Below, piece by piece: positions 8,548-17,810 of a DNA stretch of 28,440 nucleotides (position 1 is the stretch's first letter; every line of letters starts with the position of its first letter). The stretch spans positions 64,001 to 92,440 of the forward strand of contig JANJUX010000012.1 in NCBI GenBank assembly GCA_024710355.1, given 5' to 3'. Below the pieces are notes generated by a model. The model searched no databases. It worked only from the letters and a program-made list of their open reading frames with translations, and was not told the origin of the DNA. The position numbers and the translations under genes were made by a program. The DNA is from Candidatus Rifleibacteriota bacterium. Lineage in GTDB: Bacteria; Muiribacteriota; Ozemobacteria; Ozemobacterales; Ozemobacteraceae.

Positions 8548-8627
8548 TAAATACGCTTTAAGTGGCTGATGCGGTTATTTTCGCGTCAATACTTCACAGG
8601 ATGTCTTAAATGCGGCAATCAAGACGT

Positions 8628-10250
8628 TCAGAACAGAAAGTCGGTGGTCAGAAAGCTCGACAGGTCGTCTTTGAGAATTTTCGTGATCAGCTGCTTGTTG
8701 TCGTCACTGTCTTTGGCAGCGACCAGGGTTCTGATCGAGAAAACCCGCAGAGCGTCGGAGACCGAAAGGGTTCCTTCGGCTGAATCCTTGCGGCCGGTGA
8801 ACGGAAAGGTGTCGGGGCCGCGCTGGCACTGGCTGTTGATGTTGACGCGGCAGACCTGGTTAACCAGCGGGTCGATCAGTGAAGCCATCTGCTTCGCATC
8901 CTTGCCGAAAATACTGACCTGCTGGCCATAATCCGATTCGACGACATAGCTGATCGCTTCTTCGATCCGATTGTAGGCTGCAATCGGTATGACCGGGCCG
9001 AACTGTTCTTCGCGATACAGTTTCATTTTATCGTTCACCGGGTAGACAACGGCGGGAAAGAACAGAGAGTCGGAGAAAACGCCGCCCGAAGGGTTGACGA
9101 TTCTGGCGCCGTTTGCCTGGGCATCTTTGATAAGATCGGTAAGGCGCTCTGCTTTGCCGGGCTCAGCGAGCGGAGTAATCTGGGCGCCCTTTTCCCAGGG
9201 CAGGTTGATCTGCAGCTTTTCTACTTCGGCCGAGAATTTTGCCAGAAACGCATCGGCAATTGAAGAATGCACAAAGATCATTTTCAGGGCGGTGCAGCGC
9301 TGGCCATTGAATGACAGACTGCCGAGAAGGCATTCTTTTACCGCCAGGTCGATATCGGCATCCGGAAGAATGATGCAGGGATTCTTGGCATCGAGACCGA
9401 GCACGCAGCGCAAGCGGTGCGGTTTCGGGTGTGATTTGCGGATAACGTCAGAAACACGGCTGGTGCCTATAAAAGCCAGAACATCGACTTTGCCTGAAGC
9501 CATCATCGGTGTGATTACGGTCTGGCCACTGCCATAAACCGTATTGATTACCCCTTTCGGAAATGAATCGCGAAAAGCTTCGAGCAGCGGCTGAAAAAGC
9601 AGCACGCCGAGTTTCGGCGGCTTGAAAACGACAGTGTTGCCCATGATCAGGGCAGGGATCAGCGTCGTAAAAGTTTCATTGAGCGGGTAATTGAACGGGC
9701 CCATGCAGAGTACGACGCCAAGGGGCGCCCGCCTGATCTGGCCGATGATCTTCTGCTGAATGGTAAAGCGCGATGAAGTGCGGTCGAGCTCTTTCAGAGC
9801 TTCGACCGTGTCGCGGATATAGTCGATGGTGCGGTCGAATTCCTTCTGGGCATCGGCAAGGTTTTTGCAGATTTCCCACATCAGCAGGTTGACGACGCGG
9901 TCACGGCAGCCGAGCATGCGCTCGACAAAATTCTGAACGTGCCTGATGCGTTCACCAACCGACATTGTCGGCCATTTTCCCCGACCGTTGTCATAGGCCG
10001 CAGCCGCTGCATTCAGAGCCTCGGTGGCGGCCTGTTCAGACATGCTTGGCACGCTGCCGAGTTTTACCTGTTCAGGCGCGTTGCCATTTCTGATTCTGAC
10101 CGGCGAACTGATTTCCTGCATCGGGCCCTGCCACTGCCGGATTTCTCCATCGATCAGATATTCGCGCTGTTCGATCCGCGGTGCTTTGAACTCAGTCGGA
10201 ATATTTGCATCCTGCGGGAAAAGGGCCGCAAGGGTTTCGCTTTTCAACAT
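8628..10250 (-). CDS. NAD(P)-dependent aldehyde dehydrogenase family protein.
   Basis: ALDH signatures: catalytic Cys motif FNGQRCTALK, EEQFGPV, and the LGLDAKNP glutamate-box region. It is 540 aa, and GGAGGAACCCG precedes the ATG. Confidence 0.9.
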   Translation of the reverse strand: MLKSETLAALFPQDANIPTEFKAPRIEQREYLIDGEIRQWQGPMQEISSPVRIRNGNAPEQVKLGSVPSMSEQAATEALNAAAAAYDNGRGKWPTMSVGERIRHVQNFVERMLGCRDRVVNLLMWEICKNLADAQKEFDRTIDYIRDTVEALKELDRTSSRFTIQQKIIGQIRRAPLGVVLCMGPFNYPLNETFTTLIPALIMGNTVVFKPPKLGVLLFQPLLEAFRDSFPKGVINTVYGSGQTVITPMMASGKVDVLAFIGTSRVSDVIRKSHPKPHRLRCVLGLDAKNPCIILPDADIDLAVKECLLGSLSFNGQRCTALKMIFVHSSIADAFLAKFSAEVEKLQINLPWEKGAQITPLAEPGKAERLTDLIKDAQANGARIVNPSGGVFSDSLFFPAVVYPVNDKMKLYREEQFGPVIPIAAYNRIEEAISYVVESDYGQQVSIFGKDAKQMASLIDPLVNQVCRVNINSQCQRGPDTFPFTGRKDSAEGTLSVSDALRVFSIRTLVAAKDSDDNKQLITKILKDDLSSFLTTDFLF

Positions 10251-10440
10251 CGGGTTCCTCCATTTTTGTCAACGACAGCTGTAATCTTTAAGTCTGGTTT
10301 TTGCGATTTTAACTGACCGCCGGGTGCCAGTCCAATTTATTCGCAGCGACCCGTTCAAAGCTTGATTTTGTAACCTGAAACCATGTAGTCATCCTTGCCG
10401 AGGTGGTGAATGGTCTTCGGTTCAGAAATTTCCGGGTCGA

Positions 10441-11073
10441 TTATTTTGTTTTCGGATTGAGTTCTTTGACCAGATCAGACCGCTTCGGCCATGGCTGAAA
10501 ACCGTATCTGGGGCCGGGGCATGCTTCATTGATATATCTGATAAGATTGTTGGGCCTGGGGAAATGTGCCATCGGCACAATTTGCGAACCGACGAAGGCA
10601 TTGAGTGCCTCCGAGTCTTCGAGGCCATCGTCACGCGCCGCTTCAAGGCTTGCTTCCAGTTCCTGTGGACTGAACAGAGGTTTTTCCCATGGCTGCTGCT
10701 CACCTTCAGCGACCAGCCACATAAAATCTCCCCATTGCAGGTTTCTGACCAGACTGCCGTTGCTCCAGGCAGCATAAATTCCTGAGGTGAGACCTCCGTC
10801 GATCAGATAAAAAGCTATTACCTCGCCAACCTGTGCCGACAGCTCGGCAAGTTCTTTTGCAATGGCCGGATCTGAAGCTTCAACCCACATTGGCGGGTAA
10901 TCGGTGCGGTTCCAGCGGTCAACGACCGCAAACTGATGCACGGCCGGGTCGCCACCGAGAACCTTTAACGGACTGAACTCTTTCCCGGCGGCTCTGGCCT
11001 TTTTGATTGCCTCTTCAAGGGCTTCGATGCCTCCGTCAGGAAATTTTGCGTAAACTGCTCCGTCACAATCCAT
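10441..11073 (-). CDS. Hypothetical cytoplasmic protein (no recognised domain).
   Basis: Long ORF with a strong RBS (AGGAGG) 7 nt before the Met at 11073 (MDCDGAVYAKF...). The track ORF starts further upstream at 11142 without an RBS. Confidence 0.6.
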   Translation of the reverse strand: MDCDGAVYAKFPDGGIEALEEAIKKARAAGKEFSPLKVLGGDPAVHQFAVVDRWNRTDYPPMWVEASDPAIAKELAELSAQVGEVIAFYLIDGGLTSGIYAAWSNGSLVRNLQWGDFMWLVAEGEQQPWEKPLFSPQELEASLEAARDDGLEDSEALNAFVGSQIVPMAHFPRPNNLIRYINEACPGPRYGFQPWPKRSDLVKELNPKTK

Positions 11074-11329
11074 ATTTCTGTCCTCCTGTGGCGTCTGCCG
11101 CCCTGTTTCTGTTTTTATGCAGCGCCACCAATTTAATACCAATTTAGCTTACCTTTTCTGCCTCGACAAGAAAAATGAGCATCCAACCAGTCTGGTTCCT
11201 TGTCGAAAATGGATTCGAGGACAGGCCGCCGAAGCAGGGAGCTTGAATCTTTATTGCCGAGCCTGCACTGCAATAGAAAAAAACTGCAACTCAAATGCAG
11301 TAATGGTCCGGAAGAATGATCTGCAAAGT

Positions 11330-11358
11330 TTGACAATTACAATTAAATTGAATACAAT
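11330..11358 (+). promoter_or_regulatory. Sigma70-type promoter TTGACA-N17-TACAAT driving the GPx-OhrR-rSAM operon.
   Basis: Exact -35 TTGACA at 11330-11335, a 17-nt spacer, and -10 TACAAT at 11353-11358. The ATG lies 30 nt downstream, with a TAAGGAG RBS. Confidence 0.6.
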
Positions 11359-11368
11359 TTAATTGTAA
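11337..11368 (+). promoter_or_regulatory. OhrR-type operator: perfect 14-bp inverted repeat TTACAATTAAATTG-AATA-CAATTTAATTGTAA overlapping the spacer and -10.
   Basis: I verified the inverted repeat by reverse complement. It closely resembles the AT-rich TACAATT-AATTGTA operators bound by OhrR in Bacillus (established knowledge). An OhrR homologue is encoded two genes downstream. Confidence 0.6.
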
Positions 11369-11387
11369 TAAATCGTAAGGAGCTGCT

Positions 11388-11957
11388 ATGAATATTTATG
11401 AATTCACGGTTAAAGATATACATGAAAACCCGGTATCGCTGCGTGACTATCAGGGGCGGGTGCTGCTGATTGTCAACACTGCCACCGGCTGCGGGCTGAC
11501 CCCGCAGTATGAAGGCCTTGAAAAGCTTTATAAAAAATATCATGACCAGGGATTCGAAATTCTCGATTTTCCGTGCAATCAGTTTCTTAACCAGGCTCCA
11601 GGCACCGGCGAAGAGATTGCCAGTTTCTGTCAGCTCAAATACGGCGTGTCGTTCCGCACTTTCGGTAAAGTCGAGGTAAATGGCGACAAAGCCGATCCGC
11701 TGTATGTTTACCTCAAACAGCAGGCGCCGGCCGATGTTGAAAATGCCGAGGCCGGAGCATTCAGGCAGATTCTTGTAAAACTCGCTCAGACGGTTGCCGG
11801 CAGCGGTATCAAATGGAACTTTACCAAATTTCTGATCGACCGCCAGGGCAGAGTGGTTACCCGGTTCGCTCCGACGGTTAAGCCCGAAGAACTTGAAGCT
11901 GCCATTGTTAAATTGCTGCCGCAGGAGAAAAAATGTGAAAAAGCCGGCGAAAGATAA
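11388..11957 (+). CDS. Glutathione peroxidase family (Cys-type, BtuE/Gpo-like).
   Basis: LLIVNTATGCGLTPQY ... FEILDFPCNQF ... FCQLKYGVSF ... VNGDKADPLY, which are canonical GPx blocks with the peroxidatic Cys. Confidence 0.9.
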   Translation: MNIYEFTVKDIHENPVSLRDYQGRVLLIVNTATGCGLTPQYEGLEKLYKKYHDQGFEILDFPCNQFLNQAPGTGEEIASFCQLKYGVSFRTFGKVEVNGDKADPLYVYLKQQAPADVENAEAGAFRQILVKLAQTVAGSGIKWNFTKFLIDRQGRVVTRFAPTVKPEELEAAIVKLLPQEKKCEKAGER

Positions 11958-12420
11958 ATTTGCCGCATTAAGGCTTGATAATCAGCTGTGTTTTCCGCTT
12001 TATGCTGCTTCGAGGCTGGTGATCAAACTTTATAAGCCTTTTCTGGATCGGCATGGGCTGACTTATACTCAGTATATTGCGATGATGGCACTCTGGGAAA
12101 AGGATAATGTCGCGGTAAACGAACTGGGAGAGCGCCTTTTTCTCGATTCCGGCACCCTGACGCCGCTTTTGAAAAAACTCGAAACTCTCGGTTTTATCAG
12201 AAGAGAGCGCGATGCCGCCGACGAACGCACAGTGCGCATTCAACTGACCGGCCAGGGAAAAATGCTGCAGAAAACCATGTGCGATGTTCCCAGGCAGATG
12301 GCCGCCTGCGTTCATCTCGGCAGAGAAGAAGCCGGCAACCTGCATGAACTTCTCCACAATCTCATCAGAAATCTGAGCAGCACTGACGGCCGCAAAAACA
12401 GCCGGCCCGGTATTTTCTGA
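11893..12420 (+). CDS. ohrR: MarR-family organic hydroperoxide resistance regulator OhrR (2-Cys type).
   Basis: LDNQLCFPLYAASR (reactive Cys), QYIAMMALWE, and LDSGTLTPLLKKLETLGFIRRERDAADER are strongly OhrR-like. The likely true start is the GTG at 11935, which has AGGAG upstream; the ATG at 11893 gives a 14-aa extension. The stop overlaps the next ATG (TGATG). Confidence 0.85.
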   Translation: MKLPLLNCCRRRKNVKKPAKDKFAALRLDNQLCFPLYAASRLVIKLYKPFLDRHGLTYTQYIAMMALWEKDNVAVNELGERLFLDSGTLTPLLKKLETLGFIRRERDAADERTVRIQLTGQGKMLQKTMCDVPRQMAACVHLGREEAGNLHELLHNLIRNLSSTDGRKNSRPGIF

Positions 12421-14054
12421 TGCGGGCGGCACTGATTTTTCCGCCACAGTGGGATCCGCGGCAGCCGCCGCTGGCGCCGTCAATTCTCGCTGGCACCATG
12501 CGACGTGCCGGTGCCGATACCCGGGTATTCGATCTGAATGTCGCTTTGTACCGCCATCTGCTTCTATCACACGAGCCAGGAGGAATCGGGAGTTTTCTGC
12601 TGCAGAAACTGCTCGATCCGAAGAATCTGGTCGATGTACAAAGCTATCTGCGTATCAGTCAGGAAGCCCAGAAAATTTTCGATTCAGAGTTCGATCCGGC
12701 AGGCCGGGCGCGCTTGTTCTGGGATGCCTGCGGCGGGCTGCCATCGGTTAGTTCTTCTGCAGGCTGGAAGATAGCTGCAGAGAAACCGGAAAAGCTGCCG
12801 TTCATCGGGCATCTTGGCAAAGAACTGGCCGAAATACTGAGCTGGTCATCCGACTTCATTGGTTTTTCGATAATATCAGATACGCAGTTGCCGGCAGCGT
12901 TGGCTCTGGCGGCATTTATGCGTAAACGTCTGCCGGCTGCGAAGATTGTTTTTGGTGGTGACGCTGTTACTTACCGGCGCCGCCTTCTCACTAGTCAGGG
13001 CTGGCTTGGCTCGATAATCGATGCGGTCTGTCTTGGTGATGGCGAGCCGTTTGTCACAGCCGCTGCCAAGGGCATGAGTCCTGCCGGTTCGCCGAATTCT
13101 TTGAGCTGGGAGGTTGCCGGGCGCAGCTGTGGCGTGCAACAGTCTCTGCATGATTTTTCAAATTCAAGCCCGGCCGAATTTTCGGCTCTGCCGCTGCATG
13201 ACTATCTGACTCCGCATCTGGTAATGCCGGTAGAAACAGCCAGGGGCTGCCCATGGGGCAGATGTGCATTCTGCATCCATCCTGTGCGGGCGGCGAGCGG
13301 CCGACCATTGTACCGGCCGCGTTCCATGGCTGCCGTCACCGAAGAAATTGAAACCCTTTTTGCGGCCGGGCATCGTCGGTTCTTTATTGTTGATGAAGCT
13401 TTGCCGCCTGCGCGTCTGCGTGAGCTGGCAGAAATTTTTGCCGCTCTGCCTGAACCGGTTTTCTGGATCGGTTATGCCCGCCTCGACGCCGGGCACACTC
13501 TTGAAGGCTTTTTGCGGGCCCGCGCTTCGGGGTGTCTGAAACTCTTTATTGGTCTTGAGACAGGATCAGATCGTATTCTTGCCAGATTCAACAAGGGTGT
13601 CGATCGGGCGCAGACCCGCCGGGTGCTGCTCGACGCTGCTGCTGCCGGCCTCGCGGTGCATACATTTCTGATGACCGGGTTTCCGGGCGAAGATGCGTCG
13701 GATCGGCAGGCGACCCTCGATCTGCTTGCCGATGTCTGGCCGGCCTTTGCCCCATTCGGAGTATCGTTCGATCTGTTCGCGCTGACCGGCGAACTCGAAA
13801 CTGAAATGGCTGCCGATCCAGCATCCTTCGGGTGGGAAGGCCCGAAATTTGACGGGCGTAACGATCTTGCCTGGCAGTTTCCGCTGCTTACGGGTCCAGC
13901 TGCGGCCGAAACGCTGGCCGAATTCAGAGCCAGCCTGCACAGCCTTGCCGACAGGGTTCTGGGCAGAGAGTTTGGTTTGCGTCACGCCGCCCTGGCCCAG
14001 GATTCCCTGCATCTGCTGCTGCTCGAAGCAAAAACCAGTCTGCGTCGGCCATAA
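12420..14054 (+). CDS. B12-binding-domain radical SAM protein (class B rSAM, methyltransferase-like), 544 aa.
   Basis: N-terminal Rossmann/B12-like region (KIVFGGDAVTY). The Cys cluster is ARGCPWGRCAFC, a CX4CX2C variant. The radical SAM core has IGLETGSDRILARFNKGVD and MTGFPGED, typical of the B12-binding rSAM family. Confidence 0.8.
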   Translation: MRAALIFPPQWDPRQPPLAPSILAGTMRRAGADTRVFDLNVALYRHLLLSHEPGGIGSFLLQKLLDPKNLVDVQSYLRISQEAQKIFDSEFDPAGRARLFWDACGGLPSVSSSAGWKIAAEKPEKLPFIGHLGKELAEILSWSSDFIGFSIISDTQLPAALALAAFMRKRLPAAKIVFGGDAVTYRRRLLTSQGWLGSIIDAVCLGDGEPFVTAAAKGMSPAGSPNSLSWEVAGRSCGVQQSLHDFSNSSPAEFSALPLHDYLTPHLVMPVETARGCPWGRCAFCIHPVRAASGRPLYRPRSMAAVTEEIETLFAAGHRRFFIVDEALPPARLRELAEIFAALPEPVFWIGYARLDAGHTLEGFLRARASGCLKLFIGLETGSDRILARFNKGVDRAQTRRVLLDAAAAGLAVHTFLMTGFPGEDASDRQATLDLLADVWPAFAPFGVSFDLFALTGELETEMAADPASFGWEGPKFDGRNDLAWQFPLLTGPAAAETLAEFRASLHSLADRVLGREFGLRHAALAQDSLHLLLLEAKTSLRRP

Positions 14055-14101
14055 TGGCTGTTACAGACTGGTTGAGGTGTCGAAAAAAGAATCAGATTGA
14101 G

Positions 14102-14968
14102 TCAGTCTTCCCCGTTATCAACAGGGGATTCTGGAATCATTTCGTTGGCGGTATCGTCGTCGAATTCACTGGAAAAATCGAAAACGGCATCAGGAAAACG
14201 TTTTCGCAGCTCTTCCTGGTCTTTGAGCTTCAATGCCGCATTGCCCATGGCAATATTGAGGCCTTTCAGATTTTTAAGTGAATCAGGCAGTCTGGTACCG
14301 CCGTTGGAGTTGATTGTAAGGTTTTTCAGATTCTTAAGATTGCCGACAAACTCTGGCAGTTCTTTGATGCCGTTATAATCCAGATTCAGGGTGACAAGTT
14401 TTGCAAGAGAGGCAACCTGCGGCGGCACTTCATTGAGCCCGTTTCTGCCAATATCGAGAACTTCAAGATTTTGAAGAGCTCCCAGAGCCTGCGGCAGCTT
14501 TTTTGCCTTAACCGGTTCGCCTTTTTCGTTTTCCATAATACCCGAAGCGTCGAAAGCCCCGTAGAGACGCAGAATTTTCAGCTTCTCAAGACCGGCAATC
14601 GTTTCAGGCAGCGAGACATTCATCTGGTAGCCATTGCCGTTGTCGATAACGATGCTTTCAAGGTTCTTGAGATTGCCGAGTTCCTTTGGCAGTTCTTCCA
14701 GTGCTTCAAGGCCGCCGATATTCAGTTCTTTCAGATTGGTCAGGCTGCCAAAGGCTTCGGGCAAAAGTTTCAGAGAAAAGTCCGGGTTGTTTTCTTCGAC
14801 CGGTTCAGCCGCATCTTCCTGATATACTGCCCCAAGATCCAGTCTTGTAGCTTTTTCGGGGTTAGCCAGGGCCTCTGACAGATGTTTGTATGTTTCGGCC
14901 TGTGCTGAAACCGAAGAGCCGATTGCAAAAGCGATAAGCAGAGCACATACCTGTTTTAGTGAAGGCAT
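14102..14968 (-). CDS. Secreted leucine-rich repeat (LRR) protein.
   Basis: Signal peptide MPSLKQVCALLIAFAIGSSVSAQA. Repeated LxxLxxLxLxxN units follow (LTNLKELNIGG, LGNLKNLESIVIDNG, LQNLEVLDIGRNGL, LAKLVTLNLDYNGI, VGNLKNLKNLTINSNG). RBS AGGAG is present. Confidence 0.8.
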   Translation of the reverse strand: MPSLKQVCALLIAFAIGSSVSAQAETYKHLSEALANPEKATRLDLGAVYQEDAAEPVEENNPDFSLKLLPEAFGSLTNLKELNIGGLEALEELPKELGNLKNLESIVIDNGNGYQMNVSLPETIAGLEKLKILRLYGAFDASGIMENEKGEPVKAKKLPQALGALQNLEVLDIGRNGLNEVPPQVASLAKLVTLNLDYNGIKELPEFVGNLKNLKNLTINSNGGTRLPDSLKNLKGLNIAMGNAALKLKDQEELRKRFPDAVFDFSSEFDDDTANEMIPESPVDNGED

Positions 14969-14973
14969 GATAA

Positions 14974-15750
14974 TTACTCCTGATCGTTATAGGTTTTCCA
15001 ATATGGTTCCATGTCGATGCCGGCCGCTTTGCACGCAGATTCAAACACGTTCGCCTGGTCTCCGAGAACCATTTTTTCAATGATGGGGCCGGCTTCCATT
15101 GCGTTGGCGTCGGTTTCGTGGCCATTGGCGCGCCAGACCTGTTTGATCTGCTGTATGAGGGCGATTTTGCCGGCTTCGTCGAGGAGCTGCCAGTCGAAAA
15201 TATCTTTCGTCACAAGGTTTTTGACGTGCTCCTTGTCGAGTTTCGGGGCGTTGTCTGCCTTTTTGGCAGGTTCTGCCGCCGGTGCTTCAGAGCCTTCGAG
15301 CGGGTCGGTAATTGATTCGCAGATCATCGGGCCGGTACTGGCGTCATCGGCCGGCGAAATGCACATGAATACCGGTCCTGAGGGCTCTTTATATTTGAAC
15401 AGGATGCCTCTGGCATCGTCAGAAACCACGGTAGTCAGCGGCGATTGCAGCTGCAGGCCCTTGACCTGCCCAAAGCTCACCTGTGGCTGGCACACGGAAA
15501 ACACATTCGTGACCTTGTTATTTTCGTAGCCAAGCATTCCCATCATCAGAAAATCGGGAGAGTCTGAGATGAGCCAGGTGTCGAGCTCGCCTGCATCAGC
15601 TGGTTTGCCGAGCATTTTGTGAGCTTCTTCTCTGGAAACCCCAATAAAGCTGGTTTCGGTCCAGAATTTCGCCGTAATTGCTTCGGCACTGCCGGCTGCG
15701 ATAATTAACAGAACGAAGACGAGAATGATAATACTGTTGCGGTTTTTCAT
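14974..15750 (-). CDS. Hypothetical secreted protein (signal peptide, no known domain).
   Basis: MKNRNSIIILVFVLLIIAAGSAEA signal peptide. RBS AAGGAA. It lies 5 nt upstream of the LRR gene. Confidence 0.6.
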   Translation of the reverse strand: MKNRNSIIILVFVLLIIAAGSAEAITAKFWTETSFIGVSREEAHKMLGKPADAGELDTWLISDSPDFLMMGMLGYENNKVTNVFSVCQPQVSFGQVKGLQLQSPLTTVVSDDARGILFKYKEPSGPVFMCISPADDASTGPMICESITDPLEGSEAPAAEPAKKADNAPKLDKEHVKNLVTKDIFDWQLLDEAGKIALIQQIKQVWRANGHETDANAMEAGPIIEKMVLGDQANVFESACKAAGIDMEPYWKTYNDQE

Positions 15751-15755
15751 TGATT

Positions 15756-16400
15756 TTATTCCTTGTTATCTGTGGGAGTGGCTGATTCTGAGGCAACAGG
15801 TGTGGCTTCGTCGGCAACGATTTCGGTCGGAAGATATTCGACGAGAATGTGGCGTTCATCCTGAGCTTTGATCAAAGCTGAGAACTTACCGGCGACGCTT
15901 ACTTCTTCACCGGCTTTTTCCCATTCTGCGGGAGTTGCATGTACATCGGGCGTGCCACCTGAACCGGTGCTGTAAATGGTGCCGCTGGCTTTGAAGGTGT
16001 CACTGCCAATGTCTTCGAGCGTGTCGAGCTGTGAGAAAACAAACATATCGCCATCGGCAACCGGTATTGAATATAATTTTTCCTTGTGCTGCGAAGGCTT
16101 CTGCCCGAAGTATTTTATCGCTGCCGTGTCAACCTGCTCAGTGGTCGCCGTGACATAATACCCGTCTTTAGAGGGTTTCAGCGATTTGAATTTGTTGAGA
16201 TACAGGTGCCGAAGAGCAAAGTCGATCATCGCCTGGTCGGTCAACGCACCCTGCGAAAAGCTTGCCACATGGGCTTCAGAGAAGTTGCTGAAAAATACGT
16301 TCAGGTTCTTCTGCAGAGCCGGTTCGAGCTGCATCGGCTCTGCCAGACCCATCGAGGCCACGGTCATTATTACTGCCAGTAAAGTCAGGATTTTTCTCAT
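15756..16400 (-). CDS. Hypothetical secreted protein.
   Basis: MRKILTLLAVIMTVASMGLAEP signal peptide. RBS GGAGA. The gap to the next gene is 5 nt. Confidence 0.6.
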   Translation of the reverse strand: MRKILTLLAVIMTVASMGLAEPMQLEPALQKNLNVFFSNFSEAHVASFSQGALTDQAMIDFALRHLYLNKFKSLKPSKDGYYVTATTEQVDTAAIKYFGQKPSQHKEKLYSIPVADGDMFVFSQLDTLEDIGSDTFKASGTIYSTGSGGTPDVHATPAEWEKAGEEVSVAGKFSALIKAQDERHILVEYLPTEIVADEATPVASESATPTDNKE

Positions 16401-16438
16401 TGAATTCTCCGTTTCAGATCATACTGTAAAGGTTCTGA

Positions 16439-17008
16439 TCACTTCGCCGACAGCGGAACGATGGTGAAGGAATAGGCGGTATCTTCACCATCACCACCGG
16501 TTCGCAGCGTAAATTTCCAGCCCTGGTGTTCCCATACGGTGTTTTGGTAGCCTTCTTCTTTTTCGCCGTCTTTGCCGGCTCCGGCATTTTTTTCAAGCCA
16601 TGTCTGCAGTTCTTTGTTCGGAACTTCTTCGCCGTCGATGCAGATTTCGGCGATTTTACCGGCTTCGTCCCAGTCGATGATAAGGGCTACCGGAGCTGAT
16701 TCGGTTTCGATCTGGAAATCATACTGCAGTCTGCTCGCTTCTTCCATTTCGGCAGCTTCGCCGAGAATCGGCGTCAATTTGGCAGCCAGGTCATCGCGAG
16801 TGGCGTCTCTGCCGATGAAGACTTCGGTTCCCTTCAGCATCAGCGGAAATTCTGCCGTGGCGCTGGCGACATCAGCTGTGACTGCGGTTGTTGATGCAGT
16901 TTCTACTGCTGCGGCTGCGGCGGGTTTGACTTCGACTCCGGCAAAGCTCTGACAGGCTGCTGCCACGATGAATGCGAGAGCGACGGTTGTGAATCTGGTG
17001 TTGATCAT
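16439..17008 (-). CDS. Hypothetical secreted protein with an Ala/Thr-rich linker.
   Basis: MINTRFTTVALAFIVAAACQSFAG signal peptide. RBS TGGAGAAAAAAAT. Confidence 0.6.
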   Translation of the reverse strand: MINTRFTTVALAFIVAAACQSFAGVEVKPAAAAAVETASTTAVTADVASATAEFPLMLKGTEVFIGRDATRDDLAAKLTPILGEAAEMEEASRLQYDFQIETESAPVALIIDWDEAGKIAEICIDGEEVPNKELQTWLEKNAGAGKDGEKEEGYQNTVWEHQGWKFTLRTGGDGEDTAYSFTIVPLSAK

Positions 17009-17049
17009 ATTTTTTTCTCCATGTGAAATTTTGTCAGCTGTATCTGCTG

Positions 17050-17790
17050 TTATTGCTGCGCCGGGGTGAATTTGCCGCTGATCGCCATATAGCGGAAGTT
17101 CGGGCCTTCAAAGCCGGGGCTGGTGTAAGAAACGATCACGACAATGCCGTCTTTGCAGCTGGTTACCCGGCGAACCTGGTAAGAAAGCGGATAGGCGCGG
17201 CTTTTTGGCAGACGCTTGTCTTCCTGAAGAATCTGTATGGTCCCGGAAGCTTCTTCAAGACCGGCAATCGACAGTTTGAGCATTTTTGCCGGGCCAAAAT
17301 CAGTCGGCATATCTTTGATGGCAGGTGTTGTGTCAGTGGTTTCGAGCCTGACTTCATATTTTGCGGTGATACCTGAGGCTCCGCCATCGATGCCGGGCGT
17401 CAGAGAGAAAATATTGCCGGTAAATGGGCTGTGGTCGGTCGGCAGGTGTACCAGAAGGTCTGAACCCTGATTTTCATTGACTTTCAGTGCGAAGCGTTCG
17501 AGTCTGGCGGCTTCGATTGCTTTTTTGAGTGCCGGTTCGGCTGAGCCCGCCTCGATATCTTTGTCTTCGGTCAACTCGGTGGCGCTGGTGGCGACCTGCT
17601 CATTTTTCAGAACATCGATTACCCACAGTTCCGCATATGGAACCCCTGAGCCATCGTGGATACCCATCTGGGCAAAAGCGTAATACTGGCCTGATTGAGA
17701 GAAACCGAGCGGCCGGAATTCGGCAATATCGCCGGCCTGGCAGCTGGCAACAAAAAAGAACATGGCAAGGGTGACTAAAATGCGTTTCAT
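17050..17790 (-). CDS. Hypothetical secreted protein.
   Basis: MKRILVTLAMFFFVASCQAGD signal peptide. RBS AGGAGAAAATA precedes the Met at 17790. The track ORF extends to 17844 without an RBS. Confidence 0.6.
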   Translation of the reverse strand: MKRILVTLAMFFFVASCQAGDIAEFRPLGFSQSGQYYAFAQMGIHDGSGVPYAELWVIDVLKNEQVATSATELTEDKDIEAGSAEPALKKAIEAARLERFALKVNENQGSDLLVHLPTDHSPFTGNIFSLTPGIDGGASGITAKYEVRLETTDTTPAIKDMPTDFGPAKMLKLSIAGLEEASGTIQILQEDKRLPKSRAYPLSYQVRRVTSCKDGIVVIVSYTSPGFEGPNFRYMAISGKFTPAQQ

Positions 17791-17810
17791 TATTTTCTCC
17801 TGGGGTGTGA

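Noticed and set aside
13566-14012. 148-aa minus-strand ORF inside the B12-binding rSAM gene, along with several 60-110 aa ORFs at 12449-13539.
   Set aside because: These are shadow ORFs within a gene that has clear family motifs on the plus strand.
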